This document shows, one piece after another, positions 38,691 through 51,311 of a stretch of 64,000 nt of DNA. Location of the stretch: contig MU058636.1 in assembly GCA_013265495.1 (NCBI GenBank), forward strand, positions 3,831,967-3,895,966, written 5' to 3'. The stretch comes from Vicugna vicugna. Its lineage: Eukaryota. The position numbers were made by a program, and so were the translations under genes. A model generated the notes under the pieces. That model was not told the DNA's origin, made no database searches, and worked only from the letters and a program-made list of their open reading frames with translations. Numbering within the stretch: position 1 is the stretch's first letter; each line of letters begins with the position of its first letter.

Positions 38691-39144
38691 ACTCCTGAGG
38701 TTTGTCCCCTGTGTCCTCCAAGTGTCTCTTCTGTGGCTGGTTTTGAGGACCTGTCATAAGAAATGGGAACGTATCTGGGGGATAGCGGTAACTCTGCACT
38801 ACAGATCAGGCTCACGGTGTGAGCCCCCGCCGCGGAAGCCGGGCCCGGGGGAAGACGGGAGTTAAGCACAGCTCTGGGGTGGCTTGGCTGCAGTGCCCCC
38901 GCTGTTCGGGCAGCTTCGGCCGGGCCGAGGGGCTCAGGAACTCGGTCCCCGCGTTCTGCTTCCTTTACAAACAACAAAGGAGAAGAAGGTCCTTTTACTA
39001 CTTTTCCTTTGGGTGAGGTGGGGTTGGGGCAGTGTTTAAACTTCGCTCAAGCCTAACAGACCCCACAAAAGGTGACAGCTTTGGAAACACAGAGAAGCAG
39101 GCTGTTCAAGAGCTGAGGTCACTTTTTCCTCGTTTCCTCCTCAG

Positions 39145-39296
39145 ATCTGGGGTCTGAAGACCGCCAGCTGCCTATTTACTGCCTCCTCCAAAGCCAGCGG
39201 TATTAGGGGGAGCCTGGGGCCTGCCTCTACCGCCCCCCACCCCAGAGCCCTGTGTGTGGCCACTGACGCCATCGCTCTCCTGCACCTGCGGCTCAG
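39145..39296 (+). pseudogene. WDR95: exon g (152 nt): IWGLKTASCLFTASSKASGIRG...RALCVATDAIALLHLRLR
   Basis: Strong acceptor ttcctcctcAG, donor CAG|GTAGGG; phase 0 to 2; the leading IW completes the WD repeat of exon f. Confidence 0.85.
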
Positions 39297-40860
39297 GTAG
39301 GGGGCCTCTGGGCCCCGAGTGGTCAGCTCTCCAGAAGGTACTGCAGAGCCCAGTGCAGCTGCATCCAACCTTAACGATCCGCAGCTGAGGTCTCTGTGTG
39401 AGCCCCGGGACTGTCTGCCCCACGTCCCTGGCTGGCAGTATACGTTTGGCAAGCTCTCTAACATTTCCTACTAATTACTCCTGCAGCAGCTCCCTATATC
39501 ATCCAAAAGTCTGGAATCTACCTCTCGATCCCTATTCCAACCACTGGCCCTCCTCCTGTAAGAAACTGTCCAAAAAGCCCCAGGGCTGCTTATTCAGTCC
39601 TAAGGCATCAACCACTCCTGTCCCCAAAGCAGGGCAACCATTCAGGGACACGCAGGGACCCTGCCAGACGGTCACTGCAGCCAGGCCTGGAAGTCAGGCT
39701 CTTCACTCAAGATGCCAAAGCAACCAGCTGAAAAACAGGACTGCCAGTCTGTCAAACTGCTGTTTGGTCCACATGACACCACTGTATAGAACAAACAGCC
39801 TGTGCGATTGACTTTTTAGGGGAGCGAAGTGTCTGAAATTCCACCTCATGGCAGAAACAGCCTGTCTCTAGCACCAGCACGTAGGTGCCAGAGGAGGTCT
39901 TCATTCCCTGCTCTGTCACTCGGGAGCTTGTGGTCTCTATCGAGTTGCCTGATCCGGCTCAGTGTCCTGCTGGTTTCCTCATCTGTGAAGTGGGGGGACT
40001 CCGTTTTCCCTCCCGTGCTGGGAAAGGGGCGCAGGTGAAGGAAGCAGGGCCTGGCTGGAAGCCCAGCTCTCTCTCTGGGACTCTGCTCCCCACACCCTCC
40101 CCCTCCTCACACACTGACCAGACTCCACCTTCACATCCCGCCGTCCAGGGACCATCGTGGGAAAGTTCTAATCATCCTTATGCCAAATCTTGTTCTTCCT
40201 TGAAGGGGATTCACCCGCACCGAGAATCTTCTGGCGCTAAGTCGAAGGTTTCAGGTCCCCGAATCTCAGTTAGTGGCTCAGGCTTGGGGCTGACCGGGTG
40301 TGGGAACAGTAAAGAGAGCGCAGGCTGGGGACCAACATTCGTTTATTCAGTGTCCACTACGTGCCAGACTCCTCCAGACATTTTACATCCTTTCCCTCAC
40401 TTCCTCCTCATAAAATGTCTATAGAAGATTCCATTTTACAGATGAGGAAATTAGTGCCAAGGGGTGGGGGCGGCTTAACTCCCAGGGCTGTCCGTTCTGT
40501 GTGCTGACCTCCCGGAGGTGGTGTAGGGGACACGGTCCATGGGCACAGGTGAGCCCTTTGCTCCTGGGTTCCCGCGGGAGGTGTGCAGCAGGGCCTCCCA
40601 GGCCCTGGCCCTGCTGTGAGGGAGCAGCTCTGCTGTTTAGGCTTGAGGATTCAGAATGGGTTAACAGAGTTTGTTTCAGGGAAGATGTAAATTAATAGGG
40701 AAGAAGGTTCACTCTGCAGTGATTCTCTGGTTTCATGGTTCTCACGAAATCACACTCCGGCTGCCCCAGCAAGGACACATGTGATACCAGTTTTCGTGGT
40801 TCGTGCCACTGCTCATTTCATGCCAGTTGTGTTATGGGAGATTCTGTGCTAAGGATATTA

Positions 40861-41171
40861 CAGTCGACCCTCCCTATCCATGTGTTCTGCTTCAGCAAAT
40901 TCAACCAACCGTGGCTGGAAAAAAAAATTAATTCCAGAAGTTTCGGAAAGGCAAAAGTTGACTTTGCGACACACCAATAACTATTTACACAGCCTTTGCA
41001 TTGTATTGGGTATTGTAAGTAGTCTCGAGATTACGTAAAGTGTATGAAAGGATGTGCGGAAGTTATATGCAAATACTATGCCAATTTATGTAAGAGGCTT
41101 GAGCATCCGTGGAGTTTGGTACACTTGGGGGTTCCTCGAACCAATTGCCCACAGATACCGAGGGACAGCTG
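40861..41171. mobile_element. Tigger3/MER7-type non-autonomous TcMar DNA transposon
   Basis: TIRs CAGTCGACCCTCCCTATC / GATACCGAGGGACAGCTG flanked by TA on both sides. Confidence 0.88.
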
Positions 41172-41400
41172 TATATATGTTTTCTCTAATCCTCAAAACA
41201 ACACTTTAAAGGAGATACCATTATCCCCATTTAATAGATAAGGAAGTTAGAGTTTTGAGCAGTGACTTGTTCAAGGTGACAGATCCATCAAGACTATCCT
41301 CTTAACCATTCTGTAATAAAGCACTCGATGCCTCACCCCAGATATGCGTGTTGTACACCCGGTTCAAGGTTTCATCCCCTTTCTGTTTTTCACGAGCACG

Positions 41401-41503
41401 ATCTCCCCATGAGTCTAACCTGGTGGTTTCCCATGAAGAGCCCGTAGCGCGCTGCCAGTACAACCCCGCCTTCCAGCAGGTGGTCAGCTGCTGGGAAGAA
41501 TCA
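41401..41503 (+). pseudogene. WDR95: exon h (~103 nt): SPHESNLVVSHEEPVARCQYNPAFQQVVSCWEES; acceptor degenerate
   Basis: SHxxPV...YNxxFxQVVS WD motif; donor TCA|GTAAGT; no in-phase AG after the pyrimidine tract, so the start is approximate. Confidence 0.85.
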
Positions 41504-44500
41504 GTAAGTGTCAACCCTTGGTCTCTTTGGCAATGATGCGTTATGAGTGTGGGCCCCGCTGTCCTCAGCTTGGGGCAGAGAATGTTCTGAGGACATTCTG
41601 ATCCCAGAAGTGAGGAATGGGCTGTTCATTTCTTCTCCACTAATTGCCTAGTATTGTTTGGACACTCTTCTGTGAACGCTGGGTGGAAGAGCTCACAGAT
41701 TCTCCAGGGGCTTGCAGTGTGAGCTATTTGGAAGGACCATCTGGTCCTGTGGAATGATACTATTTCACGGTGACTCTCTTGTACGGTGCAGGATGATTGA
41801 TACACTAGTTCTGAACCGGGCTGGAGGGTCCAGAGCATGCCACTCTGCTTACCCTGTCACCGGGGCTCGTGAGGCTTGTGCTGGCCCTGTGCTGGAGGAG
41901 TGGCACTGTGTCGGGCCCACAGGAGGGGACATCATCAGTCACCATTGCTCCTTGAATAAGGAGCTGGAGCAAGGAAAATGCACATCGCATACCTCCTGGG
42001 AGGGCACACCTCAGCTACTCTCGTGATGCTGAAATGGTCTGCAATCTCCTCATCTTAGTTCAGTCACTGCCTGCGTCACTGGCCGAGGCCCCAGCACTAC
42101 ACGTGAGTGTCCCAGGCCACCAGGCCGTGCCCTCCTTCCTTCTTCCTGCCAGAGCCTGGCACACCCCCGTCTTTAGGATTGCCAGCGTTGGGGGCATCAC
42201 GGTCCGGACACATCCTCTTTGTGTTCACACTCACTTCAGCAGCACCTCCAGGGAGACGCGGCTGTCGTTGCCCCTGTTCCTGCCTAGTTTCTGCTCCAGA
42301 GATCACCGTGGTTTTATTAAGTATGAAGAGAAATAGATTGCCTGGTCTGTCGGTTGAATTTTTTTTGTAATGACTCAGTCTCAGTTCATCTCAAAGAAGG
42401 TGGGTTCCTGTATCGTTTGAGTTCATACTTGTAAAGAAGCATTTGCCCTCCAGATTTTTCAGTGTCACCTCCGACTCCAAGGAAGCCAACCTTTTTCCCT
42501 TCCCAGTATCCTGCACATTCCTGCCCCTGCATCTGCGCAACCTTTTCCCATCTCCACCCCGGAATTTCCTGCTTCCTCTTCTTTTCCCACACACACCTGA
42601 GCAATCCTTCCAGGTCCAACTCAAGTCCTATCTCCACCAGGAAAAACCTGCCTTTGGCACCCAGACTCGCGCAGGCACCTCCCTCTTCCTGACCACCCAC
42701 AGCTAGTGCGTCCCGTGGGTCCTGGATCACGTTGTCACCTGCCCTCTTTTGTTTCACGTGTGTGAGCCTCATTTCTAAACAATTTCAGCAGGCCCTTGAG
42801 GGCAGGAATCAGAGCATCTGTTTTTCTTCTTTCCTTCTTGATCTGTCAAAACCCTTCTTATTCTTTAAGGCACAACTCAGATGCCAGCTCCTCTAAGAAA
42901 GTCCTAGATCTCCTCCAACTTCCAGGCAGAATGAATGGCTCCATTAGCATTTGGGCTCTTAATTCTATGATAACACAGTCTGCCTCCCTCAATAGCATTA
43001 TTCTGATACGCATATCTCCCCTGGTGGGGGGTGGTTAAGTAGATGTTGAATTGAGATGTAAATACTCTCACAGCTATTACTGTATGAGGCACATGCTGGT
43101 AATAAAGTCTCCAGTACTTACTGAATTAAATTATTGATTTGAATATTTGCTCACCTTGCAAATCTGCTGCTGTGTGAAATCTTCCTAACATCATTATGCC
43201 CACTGTCACCATCCACAGCATCTAAACCACATCGCGCTTTACATCTGTGCAGGAGAGAGTATAGCCCATGATCTTGGTGAAGTCTGAATTTATGAAGACC
43301 ACTGTCCTACGCCTCATCCATCCAGTTGTATAAGCAGAGTGCTGGCAACCACCAACTGTCAAGCCTCTGAAATGCTTGTAAACTGCACAATGAAAATTAA
43401 TGTTCAATTAAATGTCTACAGCATATTACATATGAGCTGCAACCTAACACACATAGTTTTATGTAATATGAAAGTTTATAAGATTAACTATATTCTTTAA
43501 GTTATTTCAAAATTACTAGCAAAATTCTACTTAATATGGGACATGTTTGTATTTTAATTTTTAACATTTAATTTTTTATTTTTTAATGGTGGATTAAATT
43601 GAACCCAGGACCTCGTTAATATATGTAATTGAATGGAATCTCCGAAATGAAGAACAACATAGGGCAGTGAAATTCTTAAAGGAGCCCCCTGCTATGGCAT
43701 GAAACTCCCGCCACAAAACACAAGTGAATAGGTATACCTGAAGAGGGTATACAGCACCTTTAGACTTGTATTGATTCTGTACATAGAACCCTAAAGTCAT
43801 TTTCAAAGATGTTTTTCTATTGCTCACTTCAGTCTTTTCACTTCCATTACCAGCAGTATCAGGTGGCCTTCTTGGGTGAATTAGGAAAAAAAAGCTGTGT
43901 TTAATCACATAACAGGAAGGCAGGTCCAGAGGGAGGATGCCTCCCTTGGTTGTGGATCCTGGGCCGTCTGCCCAGGCTCATTCGTCCGTATCATCAGGTA
44001 CTTAATTCAATTCTGGACTACAACCATATTACAAATCACTGCATGTTGTGGAACTTTGCAAAGATTGAAACCACTGAAGTAAAACCCAGTAATGCTAAGG
44101 GTTTATTGCAATATTAAGGAGAATGGATGAGTGCACCTGAGCTGTACACACCCCTGGGAACCCTGGCCTTGGAGGAGGACAGAGGGAAGGAAGCAAAGTG
44201 CCTGTTGATCTCAGCAATAAGAAATCCACAACAGTGCCTCCTGGCTTCTGGTTTGGAGACCAAGAAGTTTCTCTAATGTCAATGGAGCAGCCTCTTTTAC
44301 AAAGGGGAAGACTAGAAGGAATGTTCGATAGTCCTGAGAAAGAGCGTTGTCCTCAAGTGTTTCCGCTCCCACGTTGTCACCACCTTTGGATGCAGAACCT
44401 GGAAAGTCTGCCCCAGAAGATGCCCTTCCTCTGACTGGGCACATTCCTCCAACAGTCGTGACAGATGCTACCCAGCTCCCTTTAAAGATGATTCTTAGTC

Positions 44501-44749
44501 AAAGGCTCTTCAAGGGATGGGGCTAAAAGAAAGTGACTACAAGACTGGAATGATTTGAACTGAGTGAAATCTTAAACCTGAGGGTTTATATCTGCTTCCC
44601 AGAAAACAGATCATCTTTCCCACTCAGCTTTGCTTTGATGGTGAATAAATTTTGCTGCTCAAAATTCAATCCAAACCTAACTTCTCTGAGCCTAGATGGT
44701 CAGGAGAATTTTATCCAATATTTCTAAATCTCCTAATCTTCTCAGTGAG

Positions 44750-45155
44750 TGTTATGGACTGAATTGTGTTCCACCAAAATTCATGTGTTGAAGTCCCAAG
44801 CCCCAGCACATCAGAAGGTGGCTATATTCAGAGATGGAGTCTTTAAAGAGGCGATCAAGTTAAAATGAGGCTATTAGGGTGGGCCCTCATCCAATCTGAC
44901 TGGTGTCCTTATAACAAGAGGCGATGTGGACACAGAGAGAGACTCTGAGGTGTACACCAGAGAGAAAAGACCGCGTGAGGACACAGGGAGAAGGTGGCTG
45001 TCTGCAAGTCAAGGAGAGACGCCTCAGAAGAAACCAAATCCCGCTGGCAAATTGATCTCGGCCTTCCGGACCCCAGAGCTGTGAGAAAACAAATGCCTGC
45101 TGCTTTAGCCCCCGGTGCGTGGCACTTTGTTATGCAGGCTAGCTAACAAATGCAC
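44750..45155 (+). mobile_element. MLT1 (ERVL-MaLR) solo LTR
   Basis: tgttatggactgaattgtgt...gggccctcatccaatctgactggtgtcctt...gcactttgttatg. Confidence 0.9.
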
Positions 45156-45306
45156 TCAGGCAAGCCAACTTGTATTGAAAGTACAGAAACTTCCGGGGTA
45201 AATTTTATCTCTCAGATCTATGACAGCAGACTTCTAAACGTAAATTTTCTTTAATTTGATGGCCAGTATCTCCAGGCTACTTTTTTTTTTCAACTTCCTG
45301 ATACAG

Positions 45307-45412
45307 GTGGTGAAAGTATGGGACTTTGAAACAGGAAGGCTGTTGTCTGAATTTACTGGGGCTCATGGCAGCACTGGAATCACTTGTCTGCCCTTTGACC
45401 CAGTGGAAGAAG
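45307..45412 (+). pseudogene. WDR95: exon i (106 nt, -1 frameshift): VVKVWDFETGRLLSEFTGAHGSTGITCLPFDP/SGRR
   Basis: atacAG acceptor, AAG|GTATGT donor; 107 nt needed to meet the phase of the next exon. Confidence 0.9.
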
Positions 45413-45493
45413 GTATGTGCCTTCTCTAGTATCTTCTACAGCTAGGCAGAGTGACCCCCGACATGCCATCCTGACGGGGGCTCTGTTTCCTAG

Positions 45494-45573
45494 GCTAGTT
45501 ACCAGGGGCAGAGATGGCTGGCTGAGAACATGGAGCTACAGCAACGGGCGTTGTCTGCACACCCTGAAACACG
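45494..45573 (+). pseudogene. WDR95: exon j (80 nt): LVTRGRDGWLRTWSYSNGRCLHTLKH
   Basis: ttcctAG acceptor after an 81-bp intron; donor G|GCAAGT (GC type); phase 2 to 1. Confidence 0.88.
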
Positions 45574-46450
45574 GCAAGTCATTTTCTACCAAGGATCCCC
45601 ATATTATAATGATGCAAGATTGAACGTTTGTAATAAATGTGGAAGAAATCAAATGGGAGAGAATCTAGGATGCATGTAACAATCCTACCTCCTTTTCTCT
45701 GGCACTTCATTGCCAATGACTCTAAACGTCTATGTAGGAAGGACATACTACACATAAATGTTTGTGGTCCCAGCTGTACCCCATGCGTTTGTTCCCTTGC
45801 TGCCTGAGTTTTGAAAGAGTTTATACCTGGTATATATACATATATACCTGGTATACACCTGATTTCTTAAGAGTTTAACTTTTCTAAATATTTTAATCAT
45901 CGTGTAAGTCAAACATGTAAAGTCTAGATGAACTAAAACCTAGTCTCATTGTGTGTCATTGTGATTTTTTGTTCTCAAGGCTGCTTTTTCCGTTTGTTCA
46001 TGTGCTGTGTTTGTTCTTAGTAAAATTTCCACAGTTCTGGCCTGTGAGACTATGAGGAAGATCAGAGGCAAACTTTCTTCAGGTATCAGAGAATATAAAT
46101 GAAATTGAAGTAAATAAGATAAAAATTACTCACAGTAACAAGTGTGTGATCACTTGTTCTGCCTCTGACCTCACACATGTGTGTGCTCATTCGCTGAGTC
46201 AGTGAGTGCCAGGCACTGTGTGGGGTCTTTCAGGAGAAGGTGAGCCCCTTCCTGTAGCTGAGTGAGGGCTGAATCGGCCCTTTAGGGCAGGGAGGGTGGC
46301 AGTGCTTTGATGGCTTGAAAGACACATAACTGTGGTCTGGAAACTAGAAAGTAAGTGCTGAAGTTTTCCCAGTCATCCGTTGGGTGAAGTCAGTGTGTGG
46401 AAACTGATTCAAGAACTAAGATAGAAGAATAAGTTGATAATATTTTCTAG

Positions 46451-46505
46451 ATGAAAAGCAAAATGAAATCTGTGATTGTACCTACTGGGAGGTGAACCAA
46501 AACAA
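46451..46505 (+). pseudogene. WDR95: exon k (55 nt): DEKQNEICDCTYWEVNQNK
   Basis: ttttctAG acceptor, AA|GTGAGT donor; phase 1 to 2. Confidence 0.82.
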
Positions 46506-47222
46506 GTGAGTTATAGTCCACTTGACTGTAAGAGGGGCATCTTGAGTACTTAGTGGGGCATCTTTTTTGATACAAAGTTTGTCCTGGAGGAAGACACCAA
46601 GACAGTAAAGGGAATTTCCCAGAAAGAAATGTGTTGAAGAATTCCCCCAAAATGTGGTGGGTCCCAGATGGTAATTCAGGCAACAGGGCTCTTCCAGAAT
46701 ATTGGAAGCAGTTCTCTGCACATTTTGATAACTGTGTAGGGGTAGAGACTGGAAGCACTGTATCTCTCCACCAAATGCTTTATTAGGGAATAAATCACAA
46801 ACTAGAGTAATTAAATTCAGCAGCCATGAGTCAAAGAATAAAAACCCAATAAATTCCCTCCTGAACATTAAAATGTTGAAAACAATTCTTGATCAATTTA
46901 TGTTTGTGCCCCTGCCTCCGTGGTTCAACCACGCTCTTGGGATCAGGGCATCCTTCGGAAGGCAGCTGCTCGTGGAGCGCACCTTGGAAATAACTGGGTA
47001 CCCTGCTTCTGCTTCCGCATCCTTTAAGAACCAGTTAAAAAACGGACCCTGTTATCAAATCATGTTTTATCTTGCTCTCTGCAAAAAACAGAAGAGGTTG
47101 TTTTCTTGCTGTCTTCATTTATCATATGTACATGACAAAATTAAGCCACAGTATTGATTCCATGCAAAAAATTAAGCAGATAATAAGCTCAAGTATCAAA
47201 ATGTCATGGTCTGTTGTTCTGG

Positions 47223-47268
47223 GCGTATCACAGCTGCTGGATGGGACAGAAGGATAAACGTATACTAT
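47223..47268 (+). pseudogene. WDR95: exon l (46 nt): RITAAGWDRRINVYY; acceptor mutated
   Basis: GWDRRINVY motif; preceded by ttgttctGG instead of AG; donor TAT|GTCAGT; phase 2 to 0. Confidence 0.85.
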
Positions 47269-47548
47269 GTCAGTGAAATGTACAAAACTATGGTATTTCA
47301 AAACTCTGCTTCAGACTGATTTCCTTTCCCACACTCACCCCCCGTTGATTCTTTTCCCTTTAAAAACAGATTTTGGAGAAATTCTTTATGCCACTGTCTG
47401 GTACAAGTCACACCAAAATATAGACAAAAGTTTCCTCCTCTCTCTCTCTTCTCTGTCTCATCTTTCCTTCCTGCTTCCCTTTTAAAAAAAAAGTTTATAC
47501 TTTTCCTGTTTCAGTTTCTTCTCACTAGTTCTTTTCTATGGGAAGAAG

Positions 47549-48042
47549 TGTAATGACTCTGCGCCCAGTTGCAATGTACGGGGGTTTCCTCACGCCAACA
47601 AGCAGTTCTCCGACACAAGCTGGTACCCTACAATTCAACTCCATTCTCACGCTATCTACCTTGAGAGAGCATCAGATTCCACAGGTTGAGGGTTGAGTCC
47701 TATAAGGTACAAGACTCCTCACCGCAACTTCAGACACCATTTGCAAATCCAGGTTGTCGCCTGTGCCTCTGACCAACTGGTTATAACACAGGAGGTTCCA
47801 AAGACTCCCCTCCTTGGGTTATATTAATTGGCTTAGAGCAGCTCACAGACCTTAGGGAAACTTTTCTCCTGCTGGATTGCCAGTTTATTATAAAAGGATA
47901 TAACTCAGGAATAGCCAGATGGGAGAGGTGCATAGGGTGCAGTATGGGGAAGGGGCAAGGAGCTTCCATGGTCAGCACTTAGGAAATTCAGAATGGAAAC
48001 AAAAACAAAATACATATTTCTAATTATAAATCACAGTGTCAC
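47549..48042. mobile_element. MER21-like LTR remnant
   Basis: caattcaactccattctcacgctatctaccttgagagagcatcagattccacaggtt...ctcacagaccttagggaaac. Confidence 0.7.
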
Positions 48043-48952
48043 CCAGTCCTAGGTAGACAAACTATCAGGGCAAAGAGGGCATCTTTGGGGATCCAAACCA
48101 GACCGTACCTTGACACTTGTGGCTCCCCCTCACCTTGCCTAGTCTTCTCAGCTTTTGTGCAGGCTGGCTGTGTTCCCTCCTACCCAGCATGCAGGGGCTT
48201 ACAATTACATCTGGAATATTCTCGCTCCTAATTGAAGGTTAACCAGCCTGTTAATTTCTTCCTTCTTCCTCCCACCTTGTCTTCATGCCCTAGTCCTTCC
48301 CTAAATGGAAAAAAATGAAATGCCATCCATAAGCATCTCTATGGGAAAAAAATTCTTTTTTCTATGGCTTAGAGGTGGGGAAAGGATTAAGAGACGTGGG
48401 AAGTTGAAAATGCTGACTAAAACTAAGTTTTAAATCTACCTGCGGCATTTTATTTCCCCCGTTTGCTATGCTGGATGGTCCTGGATTTTTGAAGGTCTTT
48501 AAAGATTGTAAGTTCTTTATTCATTTGAAAGTGTGCTGTATTTCACAGCCTGAGCCTTGCATCCTCAGATGATTTGGAAGATGACTACCTGAGAGGTCCC
48601 GGCTTTGAATTTGTTCTTTGGTATTACAGGCTCCTGAGCTGATGGCTTTTGTTTTAGCCCCTTCAACAGTTCTGGGTCTCATTACGGAGGTGAAGCTATG
48701 CAGACCATCCGAGGAGAGCCTGTCAGTTGACATATGATTTGCTGGAATGCAATCGCCCAAACATCAGGGTTGGATTGCTTTTTATTCCCACTGGCAGTAG
48801 GGGAATTTGCTTTGACGTTTCAAAAAGCCACATCATTGGTAGGGTGAGGGGTAGGGTTATAAAATGTGCCAACACCTCTCCCTGAAGCTGTGAGTGTGTT
48901 GGCAGCTCATTTTACTGCTTGTACAACTTCTCCTGTTTGGCTTTGAATACAG

Positions 48953-49012
48953 GACACACTGTCTCATTTTCATCACTTCCTGAAGCCACAAGTACACTGG
49001 CAGGATGACTTG
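48953..49012 (+). pseudogene. WDR95: exon m (60 nt): DTLSHFHHFLKPQVHWQDDL
   Basis: aatacAG acceptor, TTG|GTGAGC donor; phase 0 to 0. Confidence 0.8.
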
Positions 49013-51145
49013 GTGAGCCCTGGTGCACTGTCCAGCTCTCAACCCAGACAGTGGCACTTGATGGGGTTGTCCTTCATTCCTGGGGTTCACCCTGAGTCTC
49101 CGGGGCCTGCATCTGCCTAGGGCGATCACAGCATCTCAAAAGCCTCTGCTGTGGTGGGGTTTCGTGATTGGGATGCAGGTAGAGCCAGAAGCACTGAGCT
49201 CCTGGCAGCCGCTTCTGCTCCAAGAAGAGTGACGGCCTGTGTCCAGGTTGGGACATGAGGCCCAGGAGCAAACCCATGCATCTCCCCTTGAGCTCAGCCT
49301 AGAGTCCTGTGGTGTAGGAATGGCAGCCCAGGATGTGATACGTGTGACTTTCCTCAAAGAAGCATCTGCTTCCTATTTGTTCTTGGCATGCAAAACTGTA
49401 CCCATTCACTGTGCCATCGTTGGGTGGCCGGGGAACCTAAGCGATGACATTCCTACCGCCTGTGAGGGACTTCTTACAATTCTTGTTAGCACTCAAATTG
49501 CCCCCAACTTTCTACAGCTTCTCAGGGTTGAGTGACATCTTTCAGAATTGTCTGGATGCCAAGCCTTTGAGACAAGTGTTAAGAAAGAAAGTTTACTGTG
49601 AATAATAACCACTTCCCACCACCCAACCTTACATTACGCCCTTATAAATATTCCAAAAGCTACCAGTCACTAGAATGCAAATTCAGTGAAGACAGACCTT
49701 GTCTGTTTTCTCTTTCATATTCCCAGGAACAGCTGGTGTCTGGTTTATCTTAGATGCCCTATTAATACGTGCTCATTCAGCGAGCATATATCCAATGCCT
49801 ACTGTGGGCCCACTGCGTGCTGTTCCCTGAAGATGCAGCAGTGAGCAAAGTGGTCACCACACGGTCCCTGCCTGCGTGGAGTCTGCAGATGACTGATTGT
49901 TGACTGAAAGAACAAAGTTATGCAGAAAATGACCCGAGGGAAGCCATGGTCATTGGAAGGGCAGAAGTCATGCCAGAGTCAGTGAAGTGTTAGTTTATTC
50001 AGATATTTATTCATTCAGTTATCAATTCTTTCAACACCTGTTTATCAAGCACTGTCATAGTGCCATCCTTAGAGGGTAGACACAGAAGATAGAAACATGA
50101 ATAAAATGTGGTTCCCGGCCCAGAATTTCACAGGCTGGCAAGGCGATAAACTAAGGAAATAATCATCACACGATGTGACAGATGCTATAATAATGTATAA
50201 AACGCTGGAGAAAGCTGGGACAGCTGGGAACTGCTAACTTTGCTCTAGCACCGTACAGGATATTAAAAGATTACTAGGATTTTTCCAGGAGGCCAAGGTA
50301 GGGAACAGCAGCCGAGAGGAGGGGGAAGGGGGAGAGCGTGAGCCGAGTGGGAGCATGAGAAGCCATTGAATGAATGTCTCTTTCCCAACTGTCTTACCCA
50401 CCATCTTCCCAGCAGCTTTCAAGCAGAATGGGCATCTTAGATGATCACGGATAGGTCCTCAGGGGACGCTCTGTAGGAGCTAGGTGAGGGCAAGGGAGAA
50501 AAAAATATCTTTACAGCCCCAAGAAAGGCCAATTCTCTCCACAAGTAAACTGCTCCCCAGTGAGAAAGTGGAAAGGATAATGGCCAGGGACTCTTTGAAG
50601 TCTGCAGACTAGTCTCAAAACCAAAAATATGTCCATTTCTTATCTTTCTTAAGGATCCACGTCCAAAAATCTTCCTTTCAAGGAGAGTAGATAATTCCAG
50701 TTCCTAACAGCACTGGTGAGCCACAGGTGGGGGCAGATGGGAGCTGTGGAGGAACTGAGTTGAGGGACTCCACACACTGGAATTCAGATGTGGGGCTCTG
50801 GGGAGACCAAACCCCCTTGGCCAGTGCTTGGGTTCCGTTGTCCTTTCCCATCAGCGTTCTGACGTTGCCCAGCGCCACGTGGAGGTAAGGAAGCTGCTAG
50901 AGTAGCGCTTGCCTGGGGAAGGTGACAAAACTGACTGCAGGAGACGCAGCACCTCTCTGGCTGACCTGCAAGCAGACGCCTGCCTGGAGGGACCCCCTGG
51001 TCCTCTGGGCTGGGCCACGAGGTTCCGGTGAGTCCTTGATGTGGGCAACCACAGGATCCTCTGTCTTAGGCACCAAATGGAGGGAAGTTAGCTGTGGGTG
51101 GCTGGGGATTGGACTTCTCAATCTGTCCCTCTCTGTCTCTCCCAG

Positions 51146-51311
51146 AACCACAGGCACAAGGAGGCCATCCTCTGTGTGGCTTACTGCCCACCTTTTCTCC
51201 TGGCCACCTCCCGCGATGACGGCAAGAGCATCATTTGGAATGTCATCTCAGGCCACAGGTACGGCAAGCTCAACACCCCCAGCCCCTCTGAAGGAGCGGA
51301 AGACGGAGAAG
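51146..51311 (+). pseudogene. WDR95: exon n (166 nt): NHRHKEAILCVAYCPPFLLATSRDDGKSIIWNVISGHRYGKLNTPSPSEGAEDGEG
   Basis: ctctcccAG acceptor, AAG|GTAGGC donor; one complete WD repeat; phase 0 to 1. Confidence 0.9.

Noticed and set aside
39085..39102. 18-bp match to 38325-38342 (aaacacagagaagcaggc)
   Set aside because: Short and purine-rich, does not flank an element as a TSD; chance cannot be excluded
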